Shown here: one piece after another, positions 27,421-37,089 of the stretch
How the letters are laid out: every line of letters starts with the position of its first letter
How positions within the stretch are numbered: the first letter of the stretch is position 1
Source of the DNA: Chitinophagaceae bacterium
GTDB lineage: Bacteria > Bacteroidota > Bacteroidia > Chitinophagales > Chitinophagaceae
Direction: 5' to 3'
NCBI GenBank assembly: GCA_035533815.1
Contig: DATLTB010000113.1
Coordinates: 21,081-85,080, forward strand
Length of the DNA: 64,000 bases
The notes under the pieces: model-generated
What the model was told of the DNA's origin: nothing
What the model saw: only the letters and a program-made list of their open reading frames with translations
The model's database searches: none
Made by a program: the position numbers and the translations under genes

Positions 27421-28092
27421 TTATGGCTGCTGAATTTTTTTGGGAAGTTCAGCAGGACCCCTGAGCCGTTCCGCCGCGCTTCTTCCTTCACAGAAAATCA
27501 AGTCCAGGATACTAAGCCCGGGCAAAAAGCCAGTCCGGTCTCCGAACACCTGGGTATAAGGAGGGATGGTCGGCTCCCTGATGGCAGGCAGGAAAATATT
27601 TCGCAGGTCGGCACAGGATTCCGGATCATAGGTTTGCTGATATTCACCGGTCAGCTCCACCTGCCAGGAAAGGCCAAGCCAATGACGGACCAGTTCAAAA
27701 AGGTCCAGGTTCCAGTCCAGCAGGAAGGTATAACGCCTTTCATATAACTGCTGAAGATCCTCTTCGTGATATTCAAACCAGGGAGATCTCCGGTAGGCAG
27801 AAGTCAGGGTTTTCCAATGTATGGCCTGCCATTTTCCCTCATTAGCGATCCGGACATCCTTCAGGATGATTCGCTGGTTTTTCCCCCTGGCCAGCGGAAC
27901 CGAAAGTAAAATCAGGCCATCCGGTCCGGCAATATAGCAGCGGTTCCGGCAACTGCCTTTTTGATAGTGTTCATATTGTTCAAATTTCAATATATCGTAT
28001 TCAATTAAAGCCCTATAGTAATTAATGGATGCAAAGTAATGTAAATCAATAACTAACGGACAATCTTTAATTGAAGAAATCATTTTGATCAT
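27421..28092 (-). CDS. WbqC-family protein
   Basis: 223 aa. YFASINYY..L......F.QYEHYQKGSCRNRCYI.G..G...LSVPL and W...HWKTLTSAYRRSPWFEYH match the remembered WbqC-like pattern. Confidence 0.7.
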   Translation of the reverse strand: MIKMISSIKDCPLVIDLHYFASINYYRALIEYDILKFEQYEHYQKGSCRNRCYIAGPDGLILLSVPLARGKNQRIILKDVRIANEGKWQAIHWKTLTSAYRRSPWFEYHEEDLQQLYERRYTFLLDWNLDLFELVRHWLGLSWQVELTGEYQQTYDPESCADLRNIFLPAIREPTIPPYTQVFGDRTGFLPGLSILDLIFCEGRSAAERLRGPAELPKKIQQP

Positions 28093-28207
28093 TTTTCTTA
28101 AAAATTTGCCTGAAAGCGCTGATTTATTAACGTAATTATTTAATATTAAATAATCAATTGACTATTATAAAATATTGATAATTAAGTATTTAATTAAATT
28201 AAAAATA

Positions 28208-28222
28208 ACTAAATTTATTAGT
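28208..28222. promoter_or_regulatory. Palindromic 15-mer ACTAAATTTATTAGT (candidate operator, copy 1) in an AT-rich divergent promoter region
   Basis: The arms are ACTAA / TTAGT. It is 14/15 identical to copy 2, which lies 56 bp downstream. Confidence 0.4.
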
Positions 28223-28263
28223 ACATTTTTTGGGATTGTTTTCTTGAATTAAAACACGAAAAT

Positions 28264-28278
28264 ACTAATTTTATTAGT
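28264..28278. promoter_or_regulatory. Palindromic 15-mer ACTAATTTTATTAGT (candidate operator, copy 2)
   Basis: ACTAAT-TTT-ATTAGT is a perfect 6-3-6 inverted repeat. It lies 128 bp upstream of the ATG at 28406. Confidence 0.4.
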
Positions 28279-28405
28279 TAGCTCATCTTTGGGTTTGGAT
28301 CCTGAAAAAAGACCGGCACCGCCCCTACCCTTTCTGGGCCCGTCCAGGTTAATTTATTAAGGAGTATATTTAGCCCGCATTTTGCTGGCAGTAAATAAAC
28401 TTGGC

Positions 28406-28861
28406 ATGCGGTTATTAACGGGGTGTTTCTTCTCTGGGCTTTTCCTGTTCATGCTGGCTGGCTGCTCCCCTTCGCAAAATATTCAGTTCCTGGGATACCG
28501 GAGTATCGGGATTTTGGGAACCAATTTAGACAGTGCCATGATCCGGATGAAAATGATCTGTTATAATCCCAACCATATCGGAGTGACGGTCAGGGATGGG
28601 TGGATGGATATTTATGCCGGTAAAACTTTATTAGGACGTCTCATACAGGATGCCAGTGTCCATATACCAGCCAGAGATACATTTAATTTCCCGATGAGGA
28701 TAAAAGTGAGCCTCTCCACACTGATGCAATATTCCTCCCATATCCGTTTAAATGACAGCGTGCTTTTCAGGGGATCTGGAGAATGCAGGATCGGGAAAAG
28801 CGGGTTTTTTATCCATCGGCCAATCCATATGCAGGAATCCGCCCTGCTTAACCTGTATTGA
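28406..28861 (+). CDS. LEA type-2 (LEA14/NDR1-HIN1-like) family lipoprotein
   Basis: It has a lipobox (FMLAGCSP). The core reads MKMICYNPNHIGVTVRDGWMDIYAGKTLLG, the NPN...l......y..g..lG pattern. The ORF-track start at 28382 is TTG; I prefer the ATG at 28406. Confidence 0.65.
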   Translation: MRLLTGCFFSGLFLFMLAGCSPSQNIQFLGYRSIGILGTNLDSAMIRMKMICYNPNHIGVTVRDGWMDIYAGKTLLGRLIQDASVHIPARDTFNFPMRIKVSLSTLMQYSSHIRLNDSVLFRGSGECRIGKSGFFIHRPIHMQESALLNLY

Positions 28862-28868
28862 AGAAAAA

Positions 28869-29282
28869 TCAATGTCTTTTTTCCCTCGCTGCCTGGTCGG
28901 CTGCTTTCCGGGCCGCTATCTGCGCTGCTTTAAGCGCTGCCATACCCCCTTTTTTGCAACAGGATGGCAATAATCGGTAAGAATCAGGTTCTGCAGCCAC
29001 CGTATCCGCATCATACCCGGCATTGGCGATGGCCGTCCGGATATTATCCGGATTGGTGACATCTGTATAATAGCGGACAGTAGCTATCTTATTATGGTAA
29101 TCCAGGTTTACATATATTAAACCCGGTTCCCTTTTCAGATAATCCTCTATTCTTTTTTTGCAGATCTGGCATTCTGCACTGGTCTTGATCCGTATGGTCA
29201 GGGCTTCCCGCCGTACCTGTCCAAATACCTGACCGGCAGAAAAAAGCAGGAGCACCGGCATAAAAGTCAAAATTTTCCGCAT
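28869..29282 (-). CDS. Heavy-metal-associated (HMA) domain secreted protein with C-terminal CC motif
   Basis: After the signal peptide comes an HMA fold with CxxC (TSAECQICKKRIEDYL...ATVRY....NPDNIRTAIANAGYDAD), then SCCKKGG. I prefer the ATG at 29282 (MRKILTFMPVLLLF), which avoids overlap with pyrE. Confidence 0.7.
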   Translation of the reverse strand: MRKILTFMPVLLLFSAGQVFGQVRREALTIRIKTSAECQICKKRIEDYLKREPGLIYVNLDYHNKIATVRYYTDVTNPDNIRTAIANAGYDADTVAAEPDSYRLLPSCCKKGGMAALKAAQIAARKAADQAAREKRH

Positions 29283-29302
29283 ATAGTGATTATTGAACCT
29301 TT

Positions 29303-29932
29303 TTATTTGCCCCATTTTTCCGGAGCTATTCTCCACTGCTCCAACACTTCCAGTTGCTTGCTGGTAAATTGTCCCTTGTCTGCAGCGAGACGGATCAACG
29401 CTTCATAATTGCTCAAAGACCGGGTGGGGATTGCCGCCGCCGCAAACGCTTTTACCGCCTGGTCAAAGCCATAATTAAAAACACTGGCCAGGCCAATAAC
29501 ATATGCCCCGGCGGCTTTGAGGGCGTCACAGGCCTCCAGGCTGCTTTTACCGGTAGAAACCAGGTCTTCAATGACCACAACCTTCCTTCCCGGATCCATA
29601 TACCCTTCTACCTGGTTACCTAACCCATGATCCTTGGGCTTGGCCCGGACATAAATGAATGGAAGCTTGAGCAGGTCTGCGACCAGTACGCCCAGGGGTA
29701 TTCCTGCGGTGGCTACCCCGGCAATCAGTTCTGCTTCCGGGAAGCTGGTATCCACCAGGTTGGCCAACTCAGATTTGATATAGTCCCTTACCTGCGGGAA
29801 GGACAGGGATTTTCGGTTGTCACAGTAAATAGGCGATTTCCAGCCGGAAGCCCAGGTAAACGGGTTTTGCAGGTTCAGGCGGATCGCTTTAATTTGCAGG
29901 AGTTTTTCTGCAATGGTTTTTTCAGTGGTCAT
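29303..29932 (-). CDS. pyrE: Orotate phosphoribosyltransferase
   Basis: 209 aa. The PRPP-binding loop VVVIEDLVSTGKSS is present, and the N-terminus reads FTWASGWKSPIYCDNR. Confidence 0.93.
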   Translation of the reverse strand: MTTEKTIAEKLLQIKAIRLNLQNPFTWASGWKSPIYCDNRKSLSFPQVRDYIKSELANLVDTSFPEAELIAGVATAGIPLGVLVADLLKLPFIYVRAKPKDHGLGNQVEGYMDPGRKVVVIEDLVSTGKSSLEACDALKAAGAYVIGLASVFNYGFDQAVKAFAAAAIPTRSLSNYEALIRLAADKGQFTSKQLEVLEQWRIAPEKWGK

Positions 29933-29959
29933 TCCAGCAAACCTACTGAAAAATCCAGA

Positions 29960-30601
29960 ATGTCTTGTCCGCCAATAGTCATGTCCTGTACCACATTATA
30001 TATCCGGGATAATCCCCTGTATCTATGCGATGAGCATAGCTCAATACCTGCACATTCCCCTGACTTCCGCCTCCGCAATCCGGATTCCGCAACCCTGGCA
30101 AAAACGGTAGAGGACCTGGAACAAGATAAACTGAGCGGTTGCACCATCGAAGGATTATCCGGAGTCTGGGATACCTTGTTGTCGATCTACAAGGTGTTGC
30201 CGGCAGCTGGTGGACTGGTAAAAAATCAGGAAGGAAGGATTTTGCTCCTCTTCCGGAGGGGCAAATGGGACCTCCCCAAAGGTAAACTTGACCCGGGGGA
30301 AACCCTGGAGCAATGTGCTCTCCGGGAAGTGCAGGAGGAAACCGGGTTAAGCCATCTACAGCTAGGCCAGCAAATCGGCGAGACTTGGCATAGCTACAGG
30401 ATGGGAAGTACGCCCGTCCTTAAGCATACGAACTGGTACCGGATGCTTTTTACCGGTAGTGAACTGACCATACCCCAGTTGGAAGAGGATATCCTGGACA
30501 TCCAATGGGTTCTTCCCATACATCTGCCCAAATACCTGAAGCACACCTACCCTAATATCCGGGATGTTTTCATCCAGGCGGGGTTCCAAAGCGGAGATTA
30601 A
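29960..30601 (+). CDS. NUDIX hydrolase
   Basis: The Nudix box reads GKWDLPKGKLDPGETLEQCALREVQEETGL. I prefer the ATG at 29960 (or 29981). The upstream part of the ORF-track ORF (29627-29959) is antisense to pyrE. Confidence 0.85.
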   Translation: MSCPPIVMSCTTLYIRDNPLYLCDEHSSIPAHSPDFRLRNPDSATLAKTVEDLEQDKLSGCTIEGLSGVWDTLLSIYKVLPAAGGLVKNQEGRILLLFRRGKWDLPKGKLDPGETLEQCALREVQEETGLSHLQLGQQIGETWHSYRMGSTPVLKHTNWYRMLFTGSELTIPQLEEDILDIQWVLPIHLPKYLKHTYPNIRDVFIQAGFQSGD

Positions 30602-30688
30602 TCCGAGGAATTCAACCACTTACTTGCTAAATTCTTCCCATTATGCTATCATTGACCTCTTGAATTGACCTATTTTACTACTATCTGC

Positions 30689-32653
30689 ATGAAAATCCTC
30701 ATCCTAAGCCTGCTGGCCTTGGCTGCCCCTGGTCATCTTTTCGCCCAACAGGACGGGTTTCCCTATGGGCAGATCAGTACCGATGACCTGAAAATGAAGT
30801 CGTATAACCTGGATTCTACCGCAAATGCCGTGGTGCTGAATGAATTTGGGGAAACCTATGTACAAAGCGCGGATAACTATAATATCATCCACAAATATCA
30901 TGAAGTAGTTAAGATCTTCAATGAAAATGGATTTGATGCCGCTACGATAAAAATACCCTTGCAGAAAGATGACCAGGGGGAAGATAAGGTATATGATATC
31001 CAGGGATCCACCTATAATCTGGTTAACGGCCAAGTCAGGGTAACCTCCCTCAACCCCTCCCAGATTTATACCCTGACCCTGAACAAGGACTTTGATGAGG
31101 TGAAATTCACCCTTCCTGATCTGCAGCCAGGTTCAGTCATCGAGGTGAGTTACACTTTTGAATCCCCGCATTTCACTTATTTCAAAGAATGGCGGTTCCA
31201 GTCGGATATACCCAAGGTGCACAGTGAATACTGGACTAAAATACCGGCAAATTACACGTATAATATCGTTTTGCGCGGGTTTCTCCGGTTGGATAAGAAT
31301 AAGGGAAGCATCATTTCAGGATGTCTGCAATCCGCTTCAGGCACGTCGGATTGCAGTTTTTACCAGTATGCCATGGACAATATTCCGGCTTTCCACCAGG
31401 AAGATTTCATGACTTCACCGGAGAATTACCTGTCAGCCATTCATTATGAACTGTCCCAGATCCAGACCTATGATGGGAGGGTCATCAATTATAGCCAGCA
31501 ATGGAAAGATGTAGATCAGTTCCTGCTGTATAATGTGGATTTTGGCAAACAGCTCAAAAAGGGCATGGATGTGCTTAAGCCCATAGCGGATCTGGATATT
31601 GCCAGCACGGCTGCAGGCCTGGAAAGGGCCCACAAGATCTACCGCTATTTCCGGGACCAGTATCATTACAATGGGGATGAAGATTTCCTGACAGAAAACG
31701 GGGTAAAAAAAGCATTTGAGGATAAAGCCGGCAATGTAGCGGATATTAACTTATCGCTCATAGCTGCACTCCGGGATGCCGGCTTTACTGCTGACCCCGT
31801 GCTACTGGCTACCAGGGACCAGGAAGTGCCAAATCATATCAATCCGGTCATCGTGGAATTCAATTATATCATCGCCCGGGTTGAAGTGGGAGATACGGTA
31901 TACCTGGTCGATGCCACGCATCGGTTGCTGCCATTCGGGGTCCTCCCTTTTAAGTGCATGAATGGTCAGGGCAGGTGGTTTAGGGACAGGTCCCCCTCAG
32001 CGTGGATAGATATCCCTCCCACGACAAACAATCTGGAAAGTGATTTATTGTCGATCCAGGTGAGTTCAAACGGATCCCTGAATGGGACCCTGACCCGACT
32101 GCTGGAAGGATACAAGGCATATGATGAACGGGTTAGGATTCTGGGATACCGGTCTGAAGATGAATACATAGATCACTTGACCCGGAAATGGGGAAGCAGG
32201 ATGATCAGTTATTCCATTGATAGCCTGAAAGATCCGCAGGCCCCCCTCCTGGAAACCCTGCAGCTGAAACTTCCGGGCAATTTCGGTCAAAGCGGGGAAG
32301 TATTTTTCAACCCCTTCCTCCTCAGGACCGCAGGCAGTAACCCTTTCCAATCAGAAGACCGGCTTTTTCCCGTGGACTTTGGTGTGCCACCCCAGATCCG
32401 AACGGTGATCAAGATCAACTTTCCGGATGATTATGCCGTGGAATCCCTTCCGCAAAACATGGCCCTTGCGCTGCCCGACCATGGGGGCAGGTTTTTGCTG
32501 GGCATCGATACCCTGGGTTCCGAAGTCATCGTGTCCAGCCTCTTTGACCTGAGCAACCCGGTCTTTCCAGCGGCAGAATACGGTTCACTCCGGGAATTAT
32601 ACAGCCGGGTTTATCAGGCCGAGCAGGCAGACATTGTTTTTAAAAGAAAGTGA
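30689..32653 (+). CDS. DUF3857-type / transglutaminase-like domain protein lacking the catalytic Cys
   Basis: About 654 aa with a signal peptide (MKILILSLLALAAPGHLFAQ). The transglutaminase-core-like segment is KAGNVADINLSLIAALRDAGF...VPNHINPVI...VYLVDAT. Val358 (nt 31736-31738) sits where the paralog has the nucleophile Cys. Confidence 0.7.
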   Translation: MKILILSLLALAAPGHLFAQQDGFPYGQISTDDLKMKSYNLDSTANAVVLNEFGETYVQSADNYNIIHKYHEVVKIFNENGFDAATIKIPLQKDDQGEDKVYDIQGSTYNLVNGQVRVTSLNPSQIYTLTLNKDFDEVKFTLPDLQPGSVIEVSYTFESPHFTYFKEWRFQSDIPKVHSEYWTKIPANYTYNIVLRGFLRLDKNKGSIISGCLQSASGTSDCSFYQYAMDNIPAFHQEDFMTSPENYLSAIHYELSQIQTYDGRVINYSQQWKDVDQFLLYNVDFGKQLKKGMDVLKPIADLDIASTAAGLERAHKIYRYFRDQYHYNGDEDFLTENGVKKAFEDKAGNVADINLSLIAALRDAGFTADPVLLATRDQEVPNHINPVIVEFNYIIARVEVGDTVYLVDATHRLLPFGVLPFKCMNGQGRWFRDRSPSAWIDIPPTTNNLESDLLSIQVSSNGSLNGTLTRLLEGYKAYDERVRILGYRSEDEYIDHLTRKWGSRMISYSIDSLKDPQAPLLETLQLKLPGNFGQSGEVFFNPFLLRTAGSNPFQSEDRLFPVDFGVPPQIRTVIKINFPDDYAVESLPQNMALALPDHGGRFLLGIDTLGSEVIVSSLFDLSNPVFPAAEYGSLRELYSRVYQAEQADIVFKRK

Positions 32654-32665
32654 TCCGCATGGGTG

Positions 32666-34609
32666 ATGAAAGAAACTATGGGTAAAAAACTTTTTTTTGT
32701 ATTGATCCTGGGCTATTCCCTGCTGCTGGCTGAACAAGGGGGTGCCCAATCAATTAATTACAATGCCGCCCTGATCCCGGATTCTCTTAAAAAATATGCA
32801 GATGCGGTGATCCGGGACCAGCAGGTAAACTTGACGATCCGGAACCCCGCTTACCTGGATTATCAATTCCACGAAGCAGTCACCGTCCTGGATCGCAACG
32901 GTAGGGATGCCGGTGACATGATTGTACCTTACGACAAATTCTGGAAGATCAACAGTATCAGTGCCCGGATATATGATGCGGATGGGAGCCTGATTGGAAA
33001 ATACAAAAGCAAGGATTTTCAGGACATCAGCGCAGTGGAGGATTTCTCACTCTATGAAGACTCCCGGATCAAACAACTGGACCCCGATCCGGGAACCTAT
33101 CCCTATACCGTGGAAATGGACTATACCTTAAATTCTAACCAGACCTATGATATCCCGTCATGGACCCCGCAGGCAGATGAAAACATTGGTGTGGCGCAAT
33201 CGGATTTCCGGATATTGGCTCCGAAAGACTTTCCCCTGAGGTATAAGACATTTAATATTCAAAATCAGGTTGTACAGACCGTTTCCGGGTCCCAGGTAAG
33301 CCTGATGTGGGAGGTGTCCGGGCTTATGGCATGGAAGGCTGAACCGATGAGTCCCTCTTTTCGGGATGATGTTCCGGAACTGATCGTTGCTCCGGTGAAT
33401 TTCACTTATGGGGGTATACCCGGCACATTTACCAACTGGCAACAATATGGCTTGTGGACTTATGATCACCTGCTGGAAGGAAGGGATGCCATTTCCCCCG
33501 GGATGAATACCCGTTTACAGGACCTGATAAAAAATGCAAAGACTTCCCTGGAGAAAGCCCGGGATATTTATCATTATGTACAACAAAAGGCCCGGTATGT
33601 GAGTGTGCAGATCGGTATCGGTGGTTTGCAGCCCATGGATGCGCTGGATGTGGACAGGCTGGGCTATGCAGACTGCAAGGGCCTGGTCAATTACACCATG
33701 GCGCTCATGCATGCTGCGGGTATTGCTGCCTATTATACTGAAGTGAATGCCGGAACCAGGCAACGGGGTTTCCTGCCAGGTTTTGCCAGTGCTGGGCAGG
33801 GAAATCATGTCATCCTTTGTTTGCCATTTAATGGGGATACCACCTGGCTTGAATGTACAAGCAGGGATATTCCTTTCGGATATATCGGAGATTTTACTGA
33901 TGACCGGAACGTATTGATCAACACTCCCCAGGGGGGAGTTATTGCCCGCACAAAAGCTTATTTGGCTTCAGGCAACACCCAGATCAGGACAGCCTGGTTT
34001 ACCCTGGATTCCTCCGGGAACCTTTCCGGAAGGCTGGTGACAGCATTCCGGGGAATTGACCTGGACAAAAGATATGGCATTGACCAAATGGATGAATCCG
34101 ACCGGGAGGACCGGTTGCAATCCATTTATCCATTTAACAACCTGGATATATTGAGCTACCGCCTGGAAATAAATCAGGGATCAAATCCGGTAGTCAGGGA
34201 GTATATCCGCCTGAACAGTGAGCGATACGGCACCCTGGACGATCACCGGATGTTTTTCCCGGTTAACCAAATTAACCGGATCAGGAATAAAGATATTCCT
34301 GCCTGGGTCTCCAACCGCAAAAACCGGGTAGTGGTTCACCATGGATATACAGACCTGGATTCCATCTATTTCCGGATACCCCAGGGCTACCAGGTGGAAG
34401 CCCAGCCGAATGATACCCTGCTGAGCAATGCATATGGAACCTATCGCATACAGTTAACAGATAACCCGGGGATTATCCTGTATACCAGGTCTCTTTCCAT
34501 GAACCAGGGCGAATTTGCCCCGAAAACCTACCAGGCCTTATTGGATTTCCTGCAAAATCTGAAAGAACTGGACACTCAGCCTATTGTATTGAAAAAAACA
34601 GGTTCCTGA
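32666..34609 (+). CDS. DUF3857-type / transglutaminase-like cysteine-protease-fold protein (catalytic Cys-His-Asp present)
   Basis: About 647 aa with a signal peptide. The core reads LGYADCKGLVNYTMALMHAAGIAAY (Cys at nt 33674-33676), then GNHVILCL, then NGDTTWLECT. The start is the ATG at 32666 or 32678; the ORF-track start at 32663 is GTG. Confidence 0.75.
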   Translation: MKETMGKKLFFVLILGYSLLLAEQGGAQSINYNAALIPDSLKKYADAVIRDQQVNLTIRNPAYLDYQFHEAVTVLDRNGRDAGDMIVPYDKFWKINSISARIYDADGSLIGKYKSKDFQDISAVEDFSLYEDSRIKQLDPDPGTYPYTVEMDYTLNSNQTYDIPSWTPQADENIGVAQSDFRILAPKDFPLRYKTFNIQNQVVQTVSGSQVSLMWEVSGLMAWKAEPMSPSFRDDVPELIVAPVNFTYGGIPGTFTNWQQYGLWTYDHLLEGRDAISPGMNTRLQDLIKNAKTSLEKARDIYHYVQQKARYVSVQIGIGGLQPMDALDVDRLGYADCKGLVNYTMALMHAAGIAAYYTEVNAGTRQRGFLPGFASAGQGNHVILCLPFNGDTTWLECTSRDIPFGYIGDFTDDRNVLINTPQGGVIARTKAYLASGNTQIRTAWFTLDSSGNLSGRLVTAFRGIDLDKRYGIDQMDESDREDRLQSIYPFNNLDILSYRLEINQGSNPVVREYIRLNSERYGTLDDHRMFFPVNQINRIRNKDIPAWVSNRKNRVVVHHGYTDLDSIYFRIPQGYQVEAQPNDTLLSNAYGTYRIQLTDNPGIILYTRSLSMNQGEFAPKTYQALLDFLQNLKELDTQPIVLKKTGS

Positions 34610-35015
34610 ATCCACAACATCTTAAACTTCCAACCAGGTATTGAATGGCCCTTAAAGAGATGGCCAATCCCGGATCCCTGGAGCTGGGCCAGTGAAAAGT
34701 CCGGGAATTAAAATTAGTCTTTCAAACTCATGATATTGGGAAGGACAGGTATACCGATTTATTGTATATTGATGTATTCAATACCCAGGAAAACCGGCAA
34801 TGAAAAATCTGCAGTGAATCATTGGACTGAACTGTCATTTCTGGAATGGCCTTGTACAGAAAAATGTGGATCCTGTGAATCACCCTTGACTGGACCTTAA
34901 AACCGTGATATTAAGTTAACCCCTGCTGCAAAATTATTATCCCCTTCATGAACTATTTGCAGATATGGCTTGAAATGCCTTTGTTTCATTTTTCCGGACG
35001 CCCAAACCACCATAT

Positions 35016-37028
35016 ATGAAAGCAATTCTCTTTTTACTTTCCATTACCCTGCTGGCCAATCCGGCGTTTGCCCAGCAGAGAAATGCTGACCAGCCGACAG
35101 GTAAACATTCCGCGGAAAATGAGGACAGTGCCCGGGTATTATCCCTATGTCATTTATGCAGTTACTATGTCAATAACCAACCGGACAGCTGTTCTTATTT
35201 TGCCAAGAAGATCATTGAATTTTCCCAAAAAAACAGTTATCCCTATGGGGAGGTCCTTGGCTTTTATTACTGGGCTTCTGCCCTGGACCGTACTGCCAAT
35301 TATCCCAAATCCCTGGAAATGACCTATTCCGGTTTGAAGGTGGCAGAAAGCCTGACAACCAACCGGCAACTGATGAGAAGTCAGGGGTACCGGCAATTAG
35401 GATTACTTAATATTCTAATGGATAAGCCATTATTGGGCATCATTGATGATCGGGAGTCCCTGATTTTGGGTAAGGAATCAACATTGACTAATAATGAATT
35501 AGCCCATACCTATTCCTTTCTTGGTTCTGCATATATAGAAAAGGATAATCTGGATTCTGCCTTATATTTTGCCTTAAAGGGGAATACTTATCTTTCCCAA
35601 TCGCATTATACAGACCGATTTCAATTGTTTTATAACTTACCGATATCTCCGTTAATAGTCGGAGAAGTTTATAGTCTATTGGGTAATTTTCCGCTGGCAC
35701 GGAAATATACTGCAATAACTATTTTATTCTGTAAAAAAAACCATCTCATTTTCCTACAAGTGTTAGCCTTTACAGATCTGGCGAGATTGTTCAGGCAGGA
35801 AGGTCAGAAAGATTCCAGCATTTATTTTGCAAAAGCAGCGCTCAGGTTGAGTCAGTTGCATGGTTTTCAATCTGAGTCTATGAATTCCAGCAATATCCTG
35901 GTATCGGCATATGAATCCAGGCACCAACCGGACAGCACCCTTAAATATATGAAAATCATGCTGGCAGCCAAAGACAGTGTCTTCAGCCAGTCTAAAGTCC
36001 AGGAGTTTCAGCTGGCATCCTTTGATGAGCAACAAAGACAACAGGACATCAAAATTGCCAAAACAAAGTATATCAATCAGGTCAGAATCTACATTTTATC
36101 CATAGCATCCATTGTATTCCTATTATTGACGGCTATATTTTACCGCAATAACCGGCAAAAAAAATTGGCCAATGCCCTGCTGAATTCCCAGAAAGCCGAA
36201 ATCCAGCAAGCCCTTTCAGACCTCAAACTCACTCAGAACCAGCTCATCCAATCCGAGAAAATGGCTTCACTCGGAGAATTAACGGCTGGGATTGCCCATG
36301 AAATCCAGAACCCCCTGAACTTTGTCAATAATTTCTCAGAAATAAATACGGAGCTTATCGAAGAAATGAAACAGGATCTGCAATCGGGCAATACAGGCGA
36401 AGCGTTGGCAAGGGCCGAAAATATTAATGAAAACAATATTAAGATCATTCACCATGGCAAGCGGGCAGATAGCATTGTAAAAGGCATGCTGCTGCATTCC
36501 AGAAGCAGCCTGGGCCAGAGAGAATTGACGGATATCAATGCCTTAGCCAGCGAATATTTACGGTTAAGTTATCATGGGCTCCGGGCCAGAGATAAGTCGT
36601 TCAATGCCTCCATGCACACCGATTTTGATGAAAAGCTGGAAAAAATCCTGATCATCCCCCAGGATTTCGGGAGAGTCCTGCTTAATCTGTTTAACAATGC
36701 CTTTTTTGCAGTCACGGAAAAAAAAGGAAAAAACGGGGCGGGTTATACCCCTTCAGTGTCCGTAAGTACAAAAAAAACGGTCCGCCAGGAAGGAGGCTTT
36801 ATGTTGGATATCCGCATCACCGATAATGGTCCGGGAATCCCAAAGAACATCATGGACAAAATATTCCAGCCATTCTTTACCACTAAGCCCGCAGGACAGG
36901 GAACAGGTCTTGGGCTGTCCCTGAGCTATGATACCATCCGGGCCCATGGAGGGACCATTAGCGTAGAATCCAAAGAGGGAGAATATACCGTATTCATTAT
37001 TCAAATTCCCATTAACCCATCATCCTGA
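35016..37028 (+). CDS. Sensor histidine kinase with periplasmic/extracytoplasmic TPR-like N-terminal region (no adjacent response regulator)
   Basis: 670 aa. It has a signal peptide, about 340 aa of TPR-like repeats, one TM (VRIYILSIASIVFLLLTAIFY) and a coiled coil. The H-box is ELTAGIAHEIQNPLN, the N-box LLNLFNNAFFAV, G1 DNGPGIP and G2 GTGLGLS. Confidence 0.9.
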   Translation: MKAILFLLSITLLANPAFAQQRNADQPTGKHSAENEDSARVLSLCHLCSYYVNNQPDSCSYFAKKIIEFSQKNSYPYGEVLGFYYWASALDRTANYPKSLEMTYSGLKVAESLTTNRQLMRSQGYRQLGLLNILMDKPLLGIIDDRESLILGKESTLTNNELAHTYSFLGSAYIEKDNLDSALYFALKGNTYLSQSHYTDRFQLFYNLPISPLIVGEVYSLLGNFPLARKYTAITILFCKKNHLIFLQVLAFTDLARLFRQEGQKDSSIYFAKAALRLSQLHGFQSESMNSSNILVSAYESRHQPDSTLKYMKIMLAAKDSVFSQSKVQEFQLASFDEQQRQQDIKIAKTKYINQVRIYILSIASIVFLLLTAIFYRNNRQKKLANALLNSQKAEIQQALSDLKLTQNQLIQSEKMASLGELTAGIAHEIQNPLNFVNNFSEINTELIEEMKQDLQSGNTGEALARAENINENNIKIIHHGKRADSIVKGMLLHSRSSLGQRELTDINALASEYLRLSYHGLRARDKSFNASMHTDFDEKLEKILIIPQDFGRVLLNLFNNAFFAVTEKKGKNGAGYTPSVSVSTKKTVRQEGGFMLDIRITDNGPGIPKNIMDKIFQPFFTTKPAGQGTGLGLSLSYDTIRAHGGTISVESKEGEYTVFIIQIPINPSS

Positions 37029-37089
37029 TCATAGGTTAATATCCCATGTCATGAAAATGGAGATGACAAATATACCTCCGAATTCCTGC

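Noticed and set aside
29627-29959. N-terminal 111 codons of the ORF-track NUDIX ORF
   Set aside because: This part is antisense to pyrE and has no NUDIX-related sequence. The ATG at 29960 (or 29981) gives a normal-length NUDIX protein starting just after pyrE.
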